This document shows, in pieces, positions 29,720 through 32,000 of a stretch of DNA of 32,000 nucleotides. Below the pieces are notes generated by a model that saw only the letters and a list, made by a program, of their open reading frames with translations, did not search any database and had not been told where the DNA came from. The position numbers and the translations under genes are program-made. This DNA is from a secondary endosymbiont of Trabutina mannipara. GTDB lineage: Bacteria > Pseudomonadota > Gammaproteobacteria > Enterobacterales > Enterobacteriaceae. The stretch spans positions 1 through 32,000 of the forward strand of contig NZ_LT594522.1 in NCBI RefSeq assembly GCF_900090215.1. Direction: 5' to 3'. Numbering within the stretch: position 1 is the first letter of the stretch; each line of letters opens with the position of its first letter.

Positions 29720-32000
29720 TTATAATTTAATTCCATTAGAACGTAGATTCTTTAATATTTCAACTAAAAGTTCACTTTTAGTTGAAGCTACTATACGTGA
29801 ACTTCTAACAAATCCAGTTATACTAAGTACTATACCAGCAGAATTTAATTGGCTAAATGTTACTGACGGAGTTGGTGTAACTTGAATTTCTTTATGTTTA
29901 TTATAAACTTCTAAAAGAAGCATGCATACCTTTTCTGTATTAATATCTAGTGAAAATGTTAATTCAATAGTAACTACACCTTGAGCGTTGCCCATAGTAA
30001 TATTACGTACATTTTGGGAAATTAACTGAAAATTAGGTACGATAACTGTTGATCGGTCATTAATTTTGATTTCTGTAGCACGTATATTGATACAACGTAT
30101 ATCTCCTTCTATACCACTAATACTAATTAAATCTCCTACTTTTACTTTTTGCTCTATTAATAAAATTAAACCTGAAATAAAATTTTTTACAATCTCTTGT
30201 AAACCAAAACCAATTCCTACTGTTAGTGCACTAACGATCCAAGCTATATTATCCCATTTAATACCTAAAATAGCTAGTAAAATAAAAATTACTAATACAT
30301 ATACAAAATTACTAAATAATGTTACTAAAGAGTAACGTATTCCAGGTTCTATCATAGTTTTTGTTAAAAAATCTTTTTCTAACCAATTTTTAATTAAACG
30401 TAGGATATATATCGCAATAGCAAAAAATATAAGTGCATTTAGTATATTAGCAGGAACAACAAGTTTTTCGAATACTCCACAGAGTTTAATAACTTTAGGT
30501 ATTAAAGTTAATGGTGTTATATATTCAAAATTACCATTAATTAACGCTATTATAGCAAACATAATTAGTAATATTTTGCTAATAGCTGTAAGTAAAGTAG
30601 AAATTTGTAATAAATGTCGTTCTTCAATATTGAACATATGTTTAATACGCACTCCTATTAAAGTATTAGGAGTAAATACACTTTCGAAGAAATCTACCAT
30701 AAAATGCATTAATAAATAAAAAATAAATAAAACCATAGCAATCCAAACTAATTCATAAGTTAAAAAACGGGCTAGCGATATATAACCTATGAGTAAAGAA
30801 ATAAAAATAGTGATAGAAAAGGTAAAAATACATATTTGTATAATATCTACTATAGCTGAATTTATTTCAATTTTAGATTTTATTGATCGTAAATTTAATT
30901 GAGTACTTTTAATTCTAATTTTAGAAAAACATATAAATAATATAACTGATGTTATCAGCAACGATGATATTCCGTATCCCCAAATAGTTGTAGATACGCT
31001 AGTACTAAGACTACTGTTTAACTGTTCAATAGTACCTGAAATAAAAACTAAAATAGCTAATAATATTGGTATTTTTTTTATTTTATGATATATAGCATCA
31101 TGGATAGTTAAAAACTGCGAATATGAACAATTTTTAGATAAAAAAGCTCTACCGAGACCAAATATCAATGAAGAAAAAAATATTAAACATTTTATACCAT
31201 CAGCAAAATCTATTACTTCATAAGATACATTAGGTAAACTTGTTACCATTAAATAAAATAATTGAGCACCTAAGCTTATATTTAGTACTGTTATTAGTAC
31301 AGTAGAGCAAACTATAAAACTACAATGCATCCGTTCAGGAAGCATATTAATACTGAACCAAAATAATAATTTATCTAAAAAAAGTGAGCTACAAAACCAT
31401 AATATTATCGTTAATACCAATAATATACTAGATACCAAAATAAAGTCAGAAGACCAAGCTTGTTGCCAACATAGATTAATATTATTAACTAAACTAGTTA
31501 TACGATGTTTATCTTCTAACTTAGGATGTAATATAGGTGACCAAAAATTTGCCGAAAAAATACTACCAGAATTAAGAATTAATTGAGATAGTATATTATT
31601 ACGATGGATAGTAACTATTTGTACTAAAATTTTATTAGCACTAAAAATAATAAATTTAGCACATTCTATTTGATTATCTAATAGTTTTTTACGTGCATTG
31701 ATGTTATCACGACTATATGCAATAGTACTAGTTTCTTTCACAAAAGAAGTTGGTGTAGGTCCTATAACATCTAATTGTACCTGCAACTGTGTACTATCAG
31801 GTAGTAATCTAGTAATAAGTGTCTCAGCAGCACTAGTTAACTGTAAAGTATTAGTATTTAAAATACTTAATTGATTATTTGTTATATTTTTTGATAATTT
31901 TTGTTTTAGTAAATCTAGATCTTTTTGTAATTTACTTATTTCAATTACCGCATTAAGCTTTAATGGTATAGAAGCGCCTAGTGTATTTGCACTTGCTGTA
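29720..32000 (-). CDS. Large MscS-family mechanosensitive channel (MscK/MscM/YbiO-like), 5' end beyond the window
   Basis: The C-terminal region has the MscS core (...GFGLQEIVKNFISGLILLIEQKVKVGDLISI.GIEGDI..INIRATEI...DRSTVIVPN). About 10 predicted TM helices lie upstream of it. The reading frame stays open from the listed TTG start at 31786 to position 32000, encoding a coiled-coil-like segment (...LKLNAVIEISKLQKDLDLLKQKL...). The true start is therefore off-window. Confidence 0.75.
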   Translation of the reverse strand, partial: TASANTLGASIPLKLNAVIEISKLQKDLDLLKQKLSKNITNNQLSILNTNTLQLTSAAETLITRLLPDSTQLQVQLDVIGPTPTSFVKETSTIAYSRDNINARKKLLDNQIECAKFIIFSANKILVQIVTIHRNNILSQLILNSGSIFSANFWSPILHPKLEDKHRITSLVNNINLCWQQAWSSDFILVSSILLVLTIILWFCSSLFLDKLLFWFSINMLPERMHCSFIVCSTVLITVLNISLGAQLFYLMVTSLPNVSYEVIDFADGIKCLIFFSSLIFGLGRAFLSKNCSYSQFLTIHDAIYHKIKKIPILLAILVFISGTIEQLNSSLSTSVSTTIWGYGISSLLITSVILFICFSKIRIKSTQLNLRSIKSKIEINSAIVDIIQICIFTFSITIFISLLIGYISLARFLTYELVWIAMVLFIFYLLMHFMVDFFESVFTPNTLIGVRIKHMFNIEERHLLQISTLLTAISKILLIMFAIIALINGNFEYITPLTLIPKVIKLCGVFEKLVVPANILNALIFFAIAIYILRLIKNWLEKDFLTKTMIEPGIRYSLVTLFSNFVYVLVIFILLAILGIKWDNIAWIVSALTVGIGFGLQEIVKNFISGLILLIEQKVKVGDLISISGIEGDIRCINIRATEIKINDRSTVIVPNFQLISQNVRNITMGNAQGVVTIELTFSLDINTEKVCMLLLEVYNKHKEIQVTPTPSVTFSQLNSAGIVLSITGFVRSSRIVASTKSELLVEILKNLRSNGIKL

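Overview
The window reads as a chromosome segment from an extremely AT-rich, reduced-genome Enterobacterales endosymbiont of the Buchnera/Blochmannia/Wigglesworthia type. I cannot name the species from sequence alone. All product calls come from my recollection of E. coli K-12 proteins; no database search was run.

The content is housekeeping genes arranged in collapsed E. coli synteny blocks:
- tusC-tusD / tusA
- rplU-rpmA-obgE
- cspC
- fabI(pseudo)-topA-rluB(relic)-trpE-trpG-trpC(F)-trpB-trpA-clsA
- xthA, dsbB, tsaB
- pcnB-dksA-erpA(pseudo)
- cca, tsaD / rpsU-dnaG-rpoD-ileX
- prmB(pseudo)
- grpE / smpB-ssrA, tadA
- a large MscS-family channel gene that runs off the right edge

I see no mobile elements, CRISPR array, defence system, toxin-antitoxin pair or foreign island, and I do not think the window holds a novel multi-gene system.

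The observations worth a second look are:
1. The trp operon is otherwise intact but has no anthranilate phosphoribosyltransferase (trpD).
2. topA is split by a frameshift that maps exactly to an A9 tract.
3. fabI, erpA and prmB are pseudogenes, and a short rluB relic remains.
4. A perfect consensus sigma70 promoter lies inside the last codons of smpB, positioned to start transcription at the tmRNA 5' end.
5. A near-consensus sigma32 promoter lies upstream of grpE.
6. Many young, perfect tandem duplications of 11-28 bp sit in the spacers.
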